From: Adineta vaga
Taxonomy: Eukaryota > Animalia > Rotifera
DNA: 64,000 nucleotides
Reading direction: 5' to 3'
NCBI GenBank assembly: GCA_021613535.1
Contig: CP075493.1
Location: 11,160,001-11,224,000 of the forward strand
Within the stretch, counting starts at the first letter, position 1. Every line of letters begins with the position of its first letter. Below the pieces are notes generated by a model. That model was given only the letters and a program-made list of their open reading frames with translations. It did no database searches and had not been told where the DNA came from. Of the stretch, positions 1 through 13,300 are shown piece by piece. Position numbers and translations under genes: made by a program.

Positions 1-903
1 GTTATTGCCGCATGATGTAGCACAAAATAGAATAGTACTGGCATCGTTTGTTTCACCATCCATTGATTCACAACAAATTGGACAATCATCCTCGGATGTA
101 ACTGGTTTTTGTTTCACTATCACTACTGTCTTAATCATATCAACACCAGTATCGAGAATTGTATTTGAATCGCCAGTTGTTGTTCGATAGGCTTCACGTA
201 CCTATATGGAAGAAATAAAACAATGCGAGTTATACAAGTGCGCAGTATACTATTTTCGTTTTACACTATACGGAAGAAAATATGGACATAGATCGTTATG
301 TCTGTGATAATATCATAGTTTACCTGTCGTTCCGCAAGTATATTTGAATTATTGAACATTTCATTTTGTTGTGCATCAGCACTGGTAAAAATCTCATTCA
401 ATTCAGTAGTTAACAATGCTTTCTGATAAAGGAATCGTGAACGACGATCAACTTTAAGGACACGATGTAAAATGAAGATAATATGTTTACATACATTACC
501 ATTCATATAATCAGGACCTATATGAGAATAAATAGAGATTTTTTGATTTAGCTAAGTAAATAAATTCTCTGCACCTACAAGTACATGATAATAAATGAGT
601 GATAATAACAGTATAAACATTGCCCGTTTGTCCAAATACTCGATATTCTCGACGAGTAGGTTCTTCTGGTATCGAACTAGTAGCCAATAGATAGAGTCTT
701 TCATTTACAGCACGTTGAATGCGATGACGAATAGCATTTGTAGGTGTCGAACGGTAACCACGGAGACGTTTTTCGATTGGAATTGATTCTACATGAGCTT
801 CTATTGTTAGTCTTTTCGTCTTCTTTCGATTTTTGGACATTGTTTGATTCGTTGAATCTTTAGCTTCTTTTTTGATAGCTAAACTTTGTGAACGTGTCCG
901 CAT
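1..903 (-). CDS. SWIM zinc finger + RING finger protein (putative E3 ligase); 3' end runs off the window
   Basis: Removing GT-AG introns 518-578 and 202-323 joins the ORFs into SCTCPDY...CKHIIF (SWIM CxC-xn-CxH), followed by DDCPICCESM...FCATSCGNN (start of a RING), which continues beyond position 1. Confidence 0.85.
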
Positions 904-1396
904 TATGCACTGAGATAAGACTATCTAAGAAATATAAAAGAGAAATCCAATCCAATGACAGGAGTAATTCTTTCAAACCTCCCTTTATATAGCATAAGAA
1001 TACAAGCACATGTGTGATAAAAATGAATTCTGAAATTCATCTTCTCTTGTATGATAAAAAAAAAGAAGATATTGCACAACTACGATGAAAGTACTTCAAC
1101 ATTTCTCGTTTGTTTCTATCACGCACTTACATCATGCATTGTGACATCGAGAAAAAAGAAATCTAGTTTGAAATATTCGTAGCAAAGCAATAAAAACTGT
1201 TCCGTTAATCAATATATTCTATCTAATTGCCAACTTGTATATGTATGTTTGGAATATTTGCAATGAGTTTCTAAGTAATATCTGATGTCATTCTTGAATT
1301 GAACGTGTGAATAGTTTACGTATATTGAATACATGGAAAAAAGTAGTAGTTTTAAAGAATCTTGTTTATTGTCAAAAGAAAAGGGAAAAAATAAAG

Positions 1397-4300
1397 TTAT
1401 ACTCGAAGCTTCGATTTAGTGTCTTTGTTTTTAGCAGCGGTCACTTTGGTAGCTGTTGTTGATTTCGTTGTTGCATCGAACCAAGTTTGAATTTTCTGTG
1501 TTTGTCCTTGAGCACTTTGAATCTCGGTTGTTTTTTTCTGTTGTGATGATCGGTTGTTTGTTTCTTGCTTCTTTTCTAAACCTCGTAGAATAACATATGT
1601 ATGTTGAAGAAGAATATCATCATCGACAGTGAAAGTATCAAGATCAGTGACACTGATTCGATCACTCCAAAGATCTGTACGTTCCAAATAGTATTGAAGT
1701 GGTGTTTCAAGACTAACATTAGCATTTAATACACGAATCATCAATCGTTTGAGCATTGATATCCAATTATCAATACTTTTCAAGGGATCTGCAATGTTAT
1801 CTTTTTCAAATGTCATACGAGAAAAACCGGTAAGTACACGATGACGTTCTTCATCTGTAAAAGTTTCTTCAACAAGTTCTTTCTTTATATAAGCACGTAG
1901 GACTTGATCAAATGCAGTTTCTTCAATCATTTCATATAAATCAATAATATATCGTAATTGAATAGCAGAAAATGGTGGTCGACGAAGAATATTTTCATTT
2001 AAACAAGTATATGAATGAATATGATGTTCAACAAACAGTTGAATCGATGTTGTTTCGGTCGCATTTTCTGAAATACTATTTCTTAAGTAAGTAAAAACAT
2101 AATCAAGTGAACCAAGATAATTGAGAATATCATCATTATTCATCGTTGAAAGAAGACGTTGTAATTTGATTCGTTCATCGTTAGGTAATTGTTGTTGTTT
2201 AATACGAGCACGTACATCATTGATAAGTGATGTATTTTCACCATATAATTCAAATTGATAATTAAGAAAACGTAATTTATCTGTATCAATTAATACTAAT
2301 GGACTAATCATATTTCGTAAAGTAGTTTCAATTTCTTCATAATCATAGATAATATCTTTACTTTTTCCATACTGATAGTTTAAAATTAGACTATCATCAA
2401 CTAATTTTTGACTTAATTCATTTCGATCGAGACGAAGAACATTTTCTGGACGAATCGATTGCAAAGCAATATGTTTCCGTTTTGTTTCTGTATTAACTAC
2501 ATGATCAACAGTATTATGAAAATAGTTAACAATTTCATTTTGTAATTCAGCAATGGTTCGAAGAACTGCTGCAAGAAGAAGACTACTTTCATCTTTCGAA
2601 GTATTCAATAACAGTGTTGCAATACTGGTTTGTTCAGCGAACTTTTCTTTTGGAAGAGTTAATTCAAATTTTGGTGTTTGACATCCATATCGAACTTCTT
2701 TTAATTTCAATGCATACCATGCATGTAAAAAATCATCGTACAATTGTTGTATAATACGTTGATCACCACCAGTGGTTAAATAATCAAGAATCTTTTTCTC
2801 TGCAGCATCATTTCGTTTGATGCGATAATTGAATTTTTCAATCAAATAATTGATAAATACAACAATAGCATACAGATATTGAATGTTAATATAATCATCA
2901 AAACGTTTGAACAGAAATGTTGTTACTGGATAAGCTCCTTCGCCGTATGGAAGTGTTTGCATTTTCAACATAAATTCATTTAAAAGATTGCAAGTATGAA
3001 ATGTAGTAACATTGAAAAAGTTCGAAAGTGGATATTGATTTTCATCTTCAAATAATTCATCAATGAAACTATCTAATGTTGGTGCGGAATCACGTTCTTG
3101 AATAAACTCAGCATAAGCTCGTTTATATTCGGCTATTTCGTTCGGAATGGAATTGATATGTGCGAAAAGAAGTTTGTGTTCAATTAATTGTTCGATTTGA
3201 AGAATTTGTTCATTTGTATTTATGAGACCACGTTTAGCAAATTGTTCATTAACAAGATGATTGAGAAGTTTATATATCCAAATATAACATTGTTGATTAT
3301 CTGTTGATGATTGAGCAAGGAGAGTATAATCTTTTTCGAAATGATCACGAAAATGTGTAGTTGATGATAATTTAAGACGTTGTTTTAAATCATCTGCAGT
3401 TAGATAATTAACATCATGTAAAAAGAGAAGAAGACCATGTGTTAGTAAATGTATGAAACGAAAGGAGACAGGTCGATTTAAATGATCTGGTTTTTCTCCT
3501 GTATCGCTTGTTACTGCCGTCTTTATGTTATGATATCCGAAACGAGCTGCTTGATTATATCGATCAATGTGTTGATTAATCACGCGAAGACCTTCGTCAA
3601 TAGGCATTTGAATTTGAGGAGGATCACGTTGAACAAGTATATTGTATCGCTCAGCACCAATTGGCTTCTTGCATAAAGGACATGTATTTCGATCGTTAGG
3701 AACGCCACAATCCTGAAAAATAAATACCCAAGGACAATCCATCGAGCATTGAAAAATAAATCTTCCACCAGCAGCAATAACACCTCGATTGAGACGATCT
3801 TGAACTTGAGTACGTACATCCATCATTTGTGTAATAACGGGATCACTCACAGTCATGCCGGGTAAACAGATAGTAGATAGGTGTTGAGCATAATTGTTAG
3901 GCATCTGTCGTTGATTATTAAACAAAATATTGCCGAGTACAGTGATATCTTTTTGTGATCTTAAAGAAATAAATATAGCCATAATATTCAAGGCAATTAA
4001 ACGTTTGTGAATTTCAATTGATTCCATCGTCGGTTGAAGATGAAAATAAGAATTATTTGAAAAATTTGAACACAATGAAATGAGATATCTATGACCTAAT
4101 GGAGTAAACGAGCGAATCAGCTCTTGACTTAGATCACGTTCAATAAGTTGAACGAATCCGTCATCCACTAGTACATTAGGTTGAAGAAAACGACAATAAT
4201 ATTGAATGAACCATATAAGAAGGGCGTAGCTAAACTTTTGTGATGCATTACATTCAAGGATGATTCTTTTTAGGTCATTGATCTTGTCTATATTATTAAA

Positions 4301-7300
4301 GATTTCACTAGTTCGTTGAAATTCTTGTTGACACTCGAAAAGAGGTGTTGGCAGAATATAATTTCGGCGAATATCTTGTGTTTGTTGATCTCGAGGACGT
4401 TGTATGTACGGTTTAATCCAAATAATGTTACGATTCATATATCGTTCACGCATTAGATCTAAATTCATTCCGGATATTTGAAGTATTTGTTTGAGAACAA
4501 ACAACTTTAGTGTTGAACAAAAAGGAGTGTCAATACTTGTTAAAAGTTCATCCATGCGATGCATAACATCTTCTCGACTATCATTATTCAAAGCAAATCC
4601 ATAAATTTGAGTATAATATTTAAGCCAGGCAAGACTCGAAATTGTCTCTAAATCATTCACTTTTTTGATATTTTGATTTTCTCGAAAATTTCTTTCAAAA
4701 TCTGCATAAAATTCTCTCAGTTGTGGTTCTATTTGATCTCCTGATGCATCTCGCATCAACTGCATATGAAGTCGATTAACCATAAGACGGTCCACCTTTT
4801 GCGTTGTATTGTTTGCTACTTTTAGTGAATGATCGAATTGTTCATAATCTTCATTGGATGGTAATTTTCCATGATTTTCTTTTAACGTTGAGATTAAGTC
4901 AAGTTTTCGATCGACATAAGTAAAAATCTTTGCAGAATATTGCCAAAGATCATTATCATTTTCGTTCATTAGAATTAAAATATCACCATACGAATCGCCG
5001 TTGTCCGCTAACCAATCTTTCAGAAATTCGACCTCAAGTTTGACAAGTGTTCGATGAACGATATTTTCATTGACAGTGGATCCTTCCGTTCTAATCATAT
5101 TTCTTAGACCACTAATAAATTGATGAATCGCTCGACATGTATCAAATTCACCATCGAAACCTTGTTTGCAAACATCTTTAAAAATGTCCAGTGCTTTTGC
5201 AGGTAGTAAAGTAGACAGACAACGAACAAGACTAATGAACGAACGAAGTTTTTCTAGATTGTTAACCAAATATAAGGGTAAATCACGAACATTTTGTGCT
5301 ATTAAACTGTATGCTGTTGTAATTTGCTGAATGCTTTTTGTCTTATTTATTATGGATGTCGAAAGAATCAATTCTATTAAATTCATTAAACTTGTTTCAA
5401 TCATTGGATCACCCTGACATCGAAATTCCCATTTATCTTCAATTTTCGTTATTTTTGGTGGTAATTGGTAAAATTTCTCATTAGTTATAACAAGTGAATA
5501 GAACATTGAAGATTTGATCTCATCTAAAGGATTTTTAACCAGTTGTTTGCTAATCATATTACATATTTCGTCTTCATTGGTGAGTTCTAGAGTAATCTCA
5601 AATAACCGCAAGATCTCGGTTAATTCTACATAGTGTGCTAGAAATATTCCAGCATTTTGTTCTAAAGAACGAGTAGGATTACTGTTGAATATATTAAAAG
5701 TTAATTCAGGCGAAAGATAAATATTTGTTTCAGTTAAATGCAATGCGATCTGATCATGAAAATAAAGTTTAAAGAATTCTGATTCAGTAAATACTAATCC
5801 CATAAAGTCTTCACCGTAAATACTAGTGGCCTTTAATTGATTGATAGTAAAATTGATACGATTATAATTTTCATTATTATCTTCGTCTAGTTGTTGAAGT
5901 TTTTCTCGTATAATTCGAATATTTTCATATTCAGCTGTTGCACAAGGTAATTTCAAATCAAAAATAAGTTGAACTTCGATCATATCGCGATTCATTACGG
6001 TTAAATCAAGTTTTTCGAATGTTTGTATGAAACATTTTTGCCATAGTTTTGAAAGGCAGTCACGAATATTTTTATCGAAGATACTCGACAAAAAATGATA
6101 TGCATCGATCAAGTGATACTTTTCAAGATGAGCTAATAGTACTAAGAGATACGACTCATGGAAGGTTGAAATAGTTGCTTGGAAAGCATCATTGAATGTA
6201 CGTGAACCAGCAATAGTTTTACCATTTGTTAATAGATCGAATCGCCAGTCATTGAAACGTGTATTATCAGATAGTTGATCATTTTGTATTAACATCATCA
6301 AATTTTCTTCTATAATTGAACGCAGATGAAGTTCGCCCGGTTTATGATTTACGTTCGATTCAGTGATTTGTATATAGATAGCATCGCGTCTTTCATTAAT
6401 TCGTCGTTTATCATTTTCATGTAAAACAACATAACGAAATTTTGCTAAACATCGATCAACCAAATCATCGAACATACATTCGGATAGCATATACTCTGGT
6501 TGAAGCACAAGATCACGATACGAACGATTGTCAAGTATATTGCGCGGAATGAACATAGGTTTATTAAGATCATCGATCATTTGAGTTGCCCAATTACTAA
6601 ATAAAACATCGTTGGTAACTTGATTGAGTAGATTACGCTGTAAATGAAATATTAGCCAAACATCTCTATCACCTGTCAGTACACGTTCATTCAGTAAAAC
6701 ATGTTTTAGTGTGAGGATATGCTCACGTTCAGCGTGATAATCAACTCGAATCAAAAGAAAACGAATATCAGTTAACGCTTGATAATGACGCTTAATTTTG
6801 TTTGTCAACTCAAGTTCAGTTTTAAAAGCACTGAGTTTTATTTCTTCAAAATTCTTTGGTAAAACTTCGATTGAATGAAAAATTTGTGTATATGTATAGA
6901 TGATACGTGGAAGAGGCAAGTTAACTTGATTTTGAAACGATTGTTCAATAAGATTCGAAAGAGACATTGATCGATGAAGTTCATAATATTGTTTCATTAA
7001 TTCTTGTTTTTCTCGAGTTGGATCAAGAGAAAGAACAAGTGGAAGATCAAAGGAGCTGGTACGAAGTAATTTTGATTGGCAATGTTCGAGAATCATCTGT
7101 TGAATTTCATCTGTCATTTCATTTTCATCAGCTGCTATCTTCAGCTGTTCAAAAGTTTCAATAGCAAGATTACAAATCTGATCCTGACTGTAATCGACAA
7201 ACAAATGTTGCAGCAAGGGAAAATGTTTACCAACATTTTTTGGTAATAAAGTATTTAACCAAGTATGTAAATCATGAGCTATTGACAAGTACCGTGGATG

Positions 7301-10300
7301 AATTAATGATTGAATATCGATTAAATGTTTTTCAAAACGATTGAGAAAAGGTGGATCACAATTATCGAAATCTCGTTTATGAATAAAGACTACGCAATAA
7401 AAATCATCATGAACAAGACAACGTGGATGATACAATGGACCCAAAGCAATACGACAATATTTCTTTCTGGCTGATACGGCAAAATTTTGATTAAATAGAT
7501 CGTAAAGATTATCATAAACATGACCCATTTGTCGCATGATTAAAGTAATATTTGTTTCAGCATATAGAATAACATCCATTAAAACTCGATAATTGTATTC
7601 TTCAGAATATGTATTACTTGATAATAGATCGCCAGGAAATGAACTACCTACAAGTGTACGAACGCTTACCTTACGCTTCTGTTGATTGATATTAATGAAC
7701 CGTTCGACATAATCAATCGCACTGTCGCTATCAGCAATGAGCATCAGATATCGACCCGATCGATTATTAAGAGTTTGATTGAGAAGATGATCAAAAGCTG
7801 GACATGGAAATTCATTAGTAAGAGTTTCTTGATTGATATAATGACAAAATTGTTGCCATAATAATGATGATCCATCGAGAACTCCGTCGAAATTGACCTT
7901 GAGTTGTTCTCGAATAATTTTGTATTTACTTGTGTTATTGTTCATTGCCATGATACTTCGAACGATTCCTTTAATCAGACTATAATAGTCTCGAAGGCCG
8001 AAATAATTCTCATGACTAGGTTGAGTTTCTTTCAGATTTTCATAGAGATCATAATAGGCTTGAGCAAGACTTTCCATAATAATCGATTCAAGTTGAATAG
8101 CGCGACCTCCTGGTTGTAATTGCATACTGCTTGAAATAGTCGTTCCGGTCAATTGAAGATCTGTAACATTTGGATCTGGAGTTGACAAATAAAGTGCACG
8201 ATTCATTTTCGATGCATCAAGTCGCCAATTAGAGATACCAACGAAACCATATTGATTATTTTCGACTTCGAGTTCTGCATGTAACACTTTTAATGGATTA
8301 TGCGGAGAAAGTTCAGCCAAGCCGATTTCATCAAAAACAATCACCGGTAATAATTCTGCTCTACTTTTTACTCGAGAATAATTTGCTGCACGTTCAAAAA
8401 CTTTGACGATACTTTCAGAAGTACAATTTTGTGATCCTTGAAAGGATACTGCGACGAGTTCAGGTAATACTTGAAAATATGGATCTTTGGAATTTTTGCC
8501 TTTGAGATTGCTGATCAGAATTTGAACAGCTGATGACTTACTACTTCCAGGTTTTCCACATAAGAATAGAGGAATACGATTAATGATGCAAGCAAAGAGA
8601 ACAAAGATATTATCTCGCAGTGCACGATTAGATGCTGTACCTGCTGGTAATTCCATCTTTTCATCAATCAGTTGTTTTTGTTCCGATTCCAGAACATATT
8701 TTGTCAAATAGTTCGGAATTTTTGCAATTTTTGGATATTGTGCACCAATTATTGATTGCATCTTATCCTTGTAAATTTCTTGCAATTTAACAGAGCGCAA
8801 TCGAAAATAATAGCAAAGCATCAATGAAATGAAGCTTGCACGACGAGGGTAAACAGATTCATCTTTTCCATTTTTATCCGCACGTTGATTCAATGAATCA
8901 AGAAACCAATTATATAGTCGACAAAAACGAGCAATATCACGTAAACTAACGCTACTAGTATCTTCAAGATCACGAAAATGATTTTGAGATTCAACAAGAA
9001 GATCAACAATAAGTTTGAATAATGTTGAATGAGGATCGAGATGATGACATGTATTTAACATTGCTTTAATATAAACTCTTTCAGTTGATGCATCTAAATG
9101 TCCATAATCCCAAATATATTCAAGCATAGTTTCTGGAATTGGAACAACTGTATATAAAAGACGACGATTTGTTCCTGCCCACAGTCGTTCTTGTTCTTTA
9201 TAACGATTTTTTCTCAATCCAATATGAGCATCGTCATTGATTTCCATTTTTTTTGTCTTAGTACGACGTGGATTACAAGCACCAAGAAAAACCATATTCT
9301 CTGGTAGTTGATTACCGAGAAAAGTTCTTTCACAAATAATCTCTTTCAAGAGGCCAATATTACTCGTTGTATTGAATTCATCGAAAAAAATCCATAAACG
9401 TTTATTTTTGGTTTGACATTCTTTAGCTTGTTGAATATAACCTTGCACAGTTTCTAATATTTTCTCCACTCCGATGCCAGCATGCATGCGAAAAACTGTC
9501 AAGTCATCATCTAAAATCTTCTGGCATAAGAACTGAATCAAAGCAGTTTTTCCACAACCTGAACAAGAAATCGGATGAATATAGATTTTTATAAGAGTAA
9601 AAAGCATTTTTACCTGTCTCCCCCATGATTAAAACTGGAATTCTACTTTGTACTCGTGTGTATATCAGAAGCATTTTCACAAAGTTGTCTGGTGTAAGAA
9701 CGTATTCCTTTCGTAGTTCTTCGGCTATCCAAAGCTGAAATATCATCACATCAGCATGATCAATTGATTTGGGTCGAACAAGAGCGTCTTTTGTCGAGCA
9801 TATCAAACATTGTTGCTGTCGAAATTCATATTGTCGAAAGCATTTCAGACAAATCGATTTGTTGAAATATTTTCTCGACAATGAAGCCAATTTAATAAAG
9901 AATTCTGCATGTGTAAGTTTAGTATATTCAGGAAACATAGTATTCTCTTCTGATGCTCTCTTTCGTTTTGCAGCTCGCTCATATATTTTGAAATATTCAA
10001 CAAGTGCTTGAGGAACATCACTTGAGCGTTTGTAAACGAATAATGGTTCATCAGTAGCCGTTAGAATCATTGTAAAAGGCTGAATTTTGTCCCAACGAAC
10101 GATTGCATCACTGAACGCAGCTGGTTCATTAGTAGCCACTGATCGTTGTTGTTTGCGAACATTTTCAACTGATATTGAAGTAAATTGGTTTGAAGATTCA
10201 AGTAGAGTTCTAATAAGATCCACACGAAGTTGTGGATGAGGAACATGTTCAATTAAAAAATAGCCACACCGAGAGAAACCTGTAAATAAACGATGAAAAA

Positions 10301-13300
10301 TGTTAATGTAAATCGATAGTTGAGTCCATGTAATATATTCCGCATTCTTTTTTTGAAGAAAATGGTCTTGAATTAGGCGAGAACACGTATTTAAGTCTAA
10401 TATTTTAAAAGTCTCAGGATTGATATTTTTCTTTATAATAGTTTTATTGGTAATTGCTTGTAAATAGTTAGCGACGATCTGGATTTCAGGAATGTTTACG
10501 TCGAGAGCAGTCCAATCAACATGATCGATATATGATGTTCGTTGTAAATGATGAAATAGTGGAATTTCAATTAAAGCCGAATGAGGTGATGCATCAAGTT
10601 CAATATAAACAGCAGTATCATTAGGAATTCCGACAGCTTCATGGCCAAATCGAAAGCTTCGAAAAAGAAGGAGACAATAAAGAATTTCATTTAATTGTGC
10701 AATATTATCGGTAGCACCGATATCAAGATGGATTGCAGCTCTTTGTAACTGCCCATATTTTGAACGAAGTCTTTCAGCCAATAAATCAACATCATAATCT
10801 CCCGAGATAGAAAATTTTACATAGTTTTTTCCGGTGGATTGAATATGCTGACGAATCACAGTAGACTTTCCTAAACCAGTAATCTTTGATGTGATCCATT
10901 GATACTGAGGAGTCATTCGTTGAATAGTTGTTTGTAAATCATCATTATTAAGTAATTCATGATCGCGTAGAACATTAAGCATTTGCATGGATTGAAGACC
11001 ATTGATCATTTGCAGGTCTGTTGCCTTAGTTGTTGTAACAATACCCATGCGAAACTTGTGTTGTGGACGTTCTTCTATTAATGCATGTAAAAGACGAACA
11101 AATTGATCTTGAATCGATTGAGAAAGAAGTTCCGGTCGAATGAGTTGATGGCATGATTGTGAATAGAAACAACGATATATAAATGCACGTGTTTGAATCC
11201 AATTCGTGTGTTGTGTGCAGTAAAAGATATGGCAAACTGAAGGTATGGTTGATGTGATATGGAAGAGTGAAAGAATTGCACGCAGAATACCATCATTTGT
11301 GGTTTCGATGAGAGAACATTTTTTCACTCTTTGATTTTCTTCAAGTGAATCTGGTATTTGTTTTTCTTGTGAAAGTAAACGGCCAATATTTTCCAATCGA
11401 TCTTCAGGATTTTGCGGTCTATTTACTGGCTTTTCAATGGAATTTGGATCAATATTAATGTATCTCAGAAGATGATAGCCTGGATCGCATAACGATGATC
11501 GACGATAAATATAATCTTCAATCTGCCAAAACTGAGCACCAGTAAAATAGGTTAAACCTATGTGCGTCTGATACATAGTACATAATTTTGTTTCCCAGTT
11601 TTTGAGTAAAGTAGTCAATGCATCACTATTTCTTTGCAAATCATCATAAGATCCATCAGCACATGAAAACGTCTCTTGTGCAAAAGGAAAGTTTGAAACA
11701 GAAGGATGACCTGCAGTATATAATCTCGTCAGTTTTTCAATAGTAGATTCAGTAAGTGTAGCAAAACGAATAAAATTATGTAATATTTCTTTATCGCGTT
11801 CACTGTTGGCTTGCATCTCAGATTTCTTATTAATATTACTTGAATATTCTAAGAGACGTGCACGATCACGTAGTTCACTCAAATCGGCAAATGTAACTTT
11901 GTGTTGTTTTTTATTATTGTTGTTGTTGTTGGTTGTCTGAGCACGTGGAAGGTCTACATTTACATCAAATGCTGTTTCGTGACGTCCTTTACGAATAAAA
12001 GAGATAGTCGATTTTTGTAAGATATCAGCAATTTGTCGTCGTTTCGATTGTTCTTTATCAGTTAATTCTAAATGGATACGTTTTATACTTGAGACTGCCA
12101 GAGATGATGATTCAACACATGTAAGTAGATCTTTAAATTGATCATTTTTCATTAACTCAGCAAAGCAATCAATTATATGATTAAGTTGAAATGGAACATT
12201 CTCTAATTCTTGACGTTTCGTTTTCATGGTATCGTAGGCACGATCAATGAATGTCTTAACAATAGCAAAATCGAAAATTGTTTTTGTATTGATTAATGTT
12301 TCATCCCAATCATTGACGGCTTCTTGTAAATTATAGATATCATCAGCTGTAAGTGAATGAAGAAAATCGAAGAGATCTGATGATGAACTATAGTGTGAAA
12401 TAAATGCAAGTACAGTATCTGGAAGCTGCTTCTCAATCTGGTTTTGATATTGTTCATAGATCAACGCACATTCTCCACCAGGTGTGTCTTCAGTAATATC
12501 ACAAACGTGATTAAATAAAGTTGAATCACAAACAACAGACATTCTTTCACTCAGCTGTTTTAAACCGTTGCAAACATGAGAAATGTGCAAACGATTTTTC
12601 CAAAACGATACAATAGAGACTAGTTGTGGTAAAGCTGCTGTATCGAGCAATGGTTTGAGCAACTCAAGATCATTAGCAGCATGGTGAATATCTGGAAATA
12701 AATGAACAATCTGTCGTATCGGAACATCTTGTCGTGTTTCACATATGTGTTGTAATATACAATGAAATTTTTCAAGAATAGTAACAGCGTCTTGGAGAAT
12801 GCCTATGCACGTATTTCTTACCATTGCAGTTGTCTTATTCGAAAACTCAACTTCGATATCATCCGGTGATACTGAAAAATAACCATAAATTATTCATTAT
12901 ATCGTATATACGTAAAATACCTGGCTCTTGCTGTTCCGATAAATCAATATCAGTGTCTTCTCGATGTTTTTCAATTGATTCTCTGACGGCTATTAAAAGA
13001 TAAAATCATTTTCCATTAATATTTTCTCTCTCTGAAAAGTGATTCCATTCTTAGTAAAGCTTACCTTTGATTGTTGTTTTCTGTTTAAGAAATGCTCGCC
13101 AACTTTGGGCATTTACATATGGATTGAGTTTTTCAGCGTATGGTACAATCTTTTGAAATTCTTTTGGTATTTGGATTGATTGTACAATAGCTTGCTCCAA
13201 ATGATTTTGCCAATTTTGTATTTGCGTCAAATAGTCGGTCTTGTCACTTCCTTCTTGGCAATACTCATTGAGACATGTAACGATTTTTTCATTTGTTTCC

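Noticed and set aside
9507-9607. Apparent overlap or programmed frameshift between the 2736-aa and 1105-aa ORFs
   Set aside because: Explained by a 55-nt intron (9559-9613) that restores GETGCGKT.
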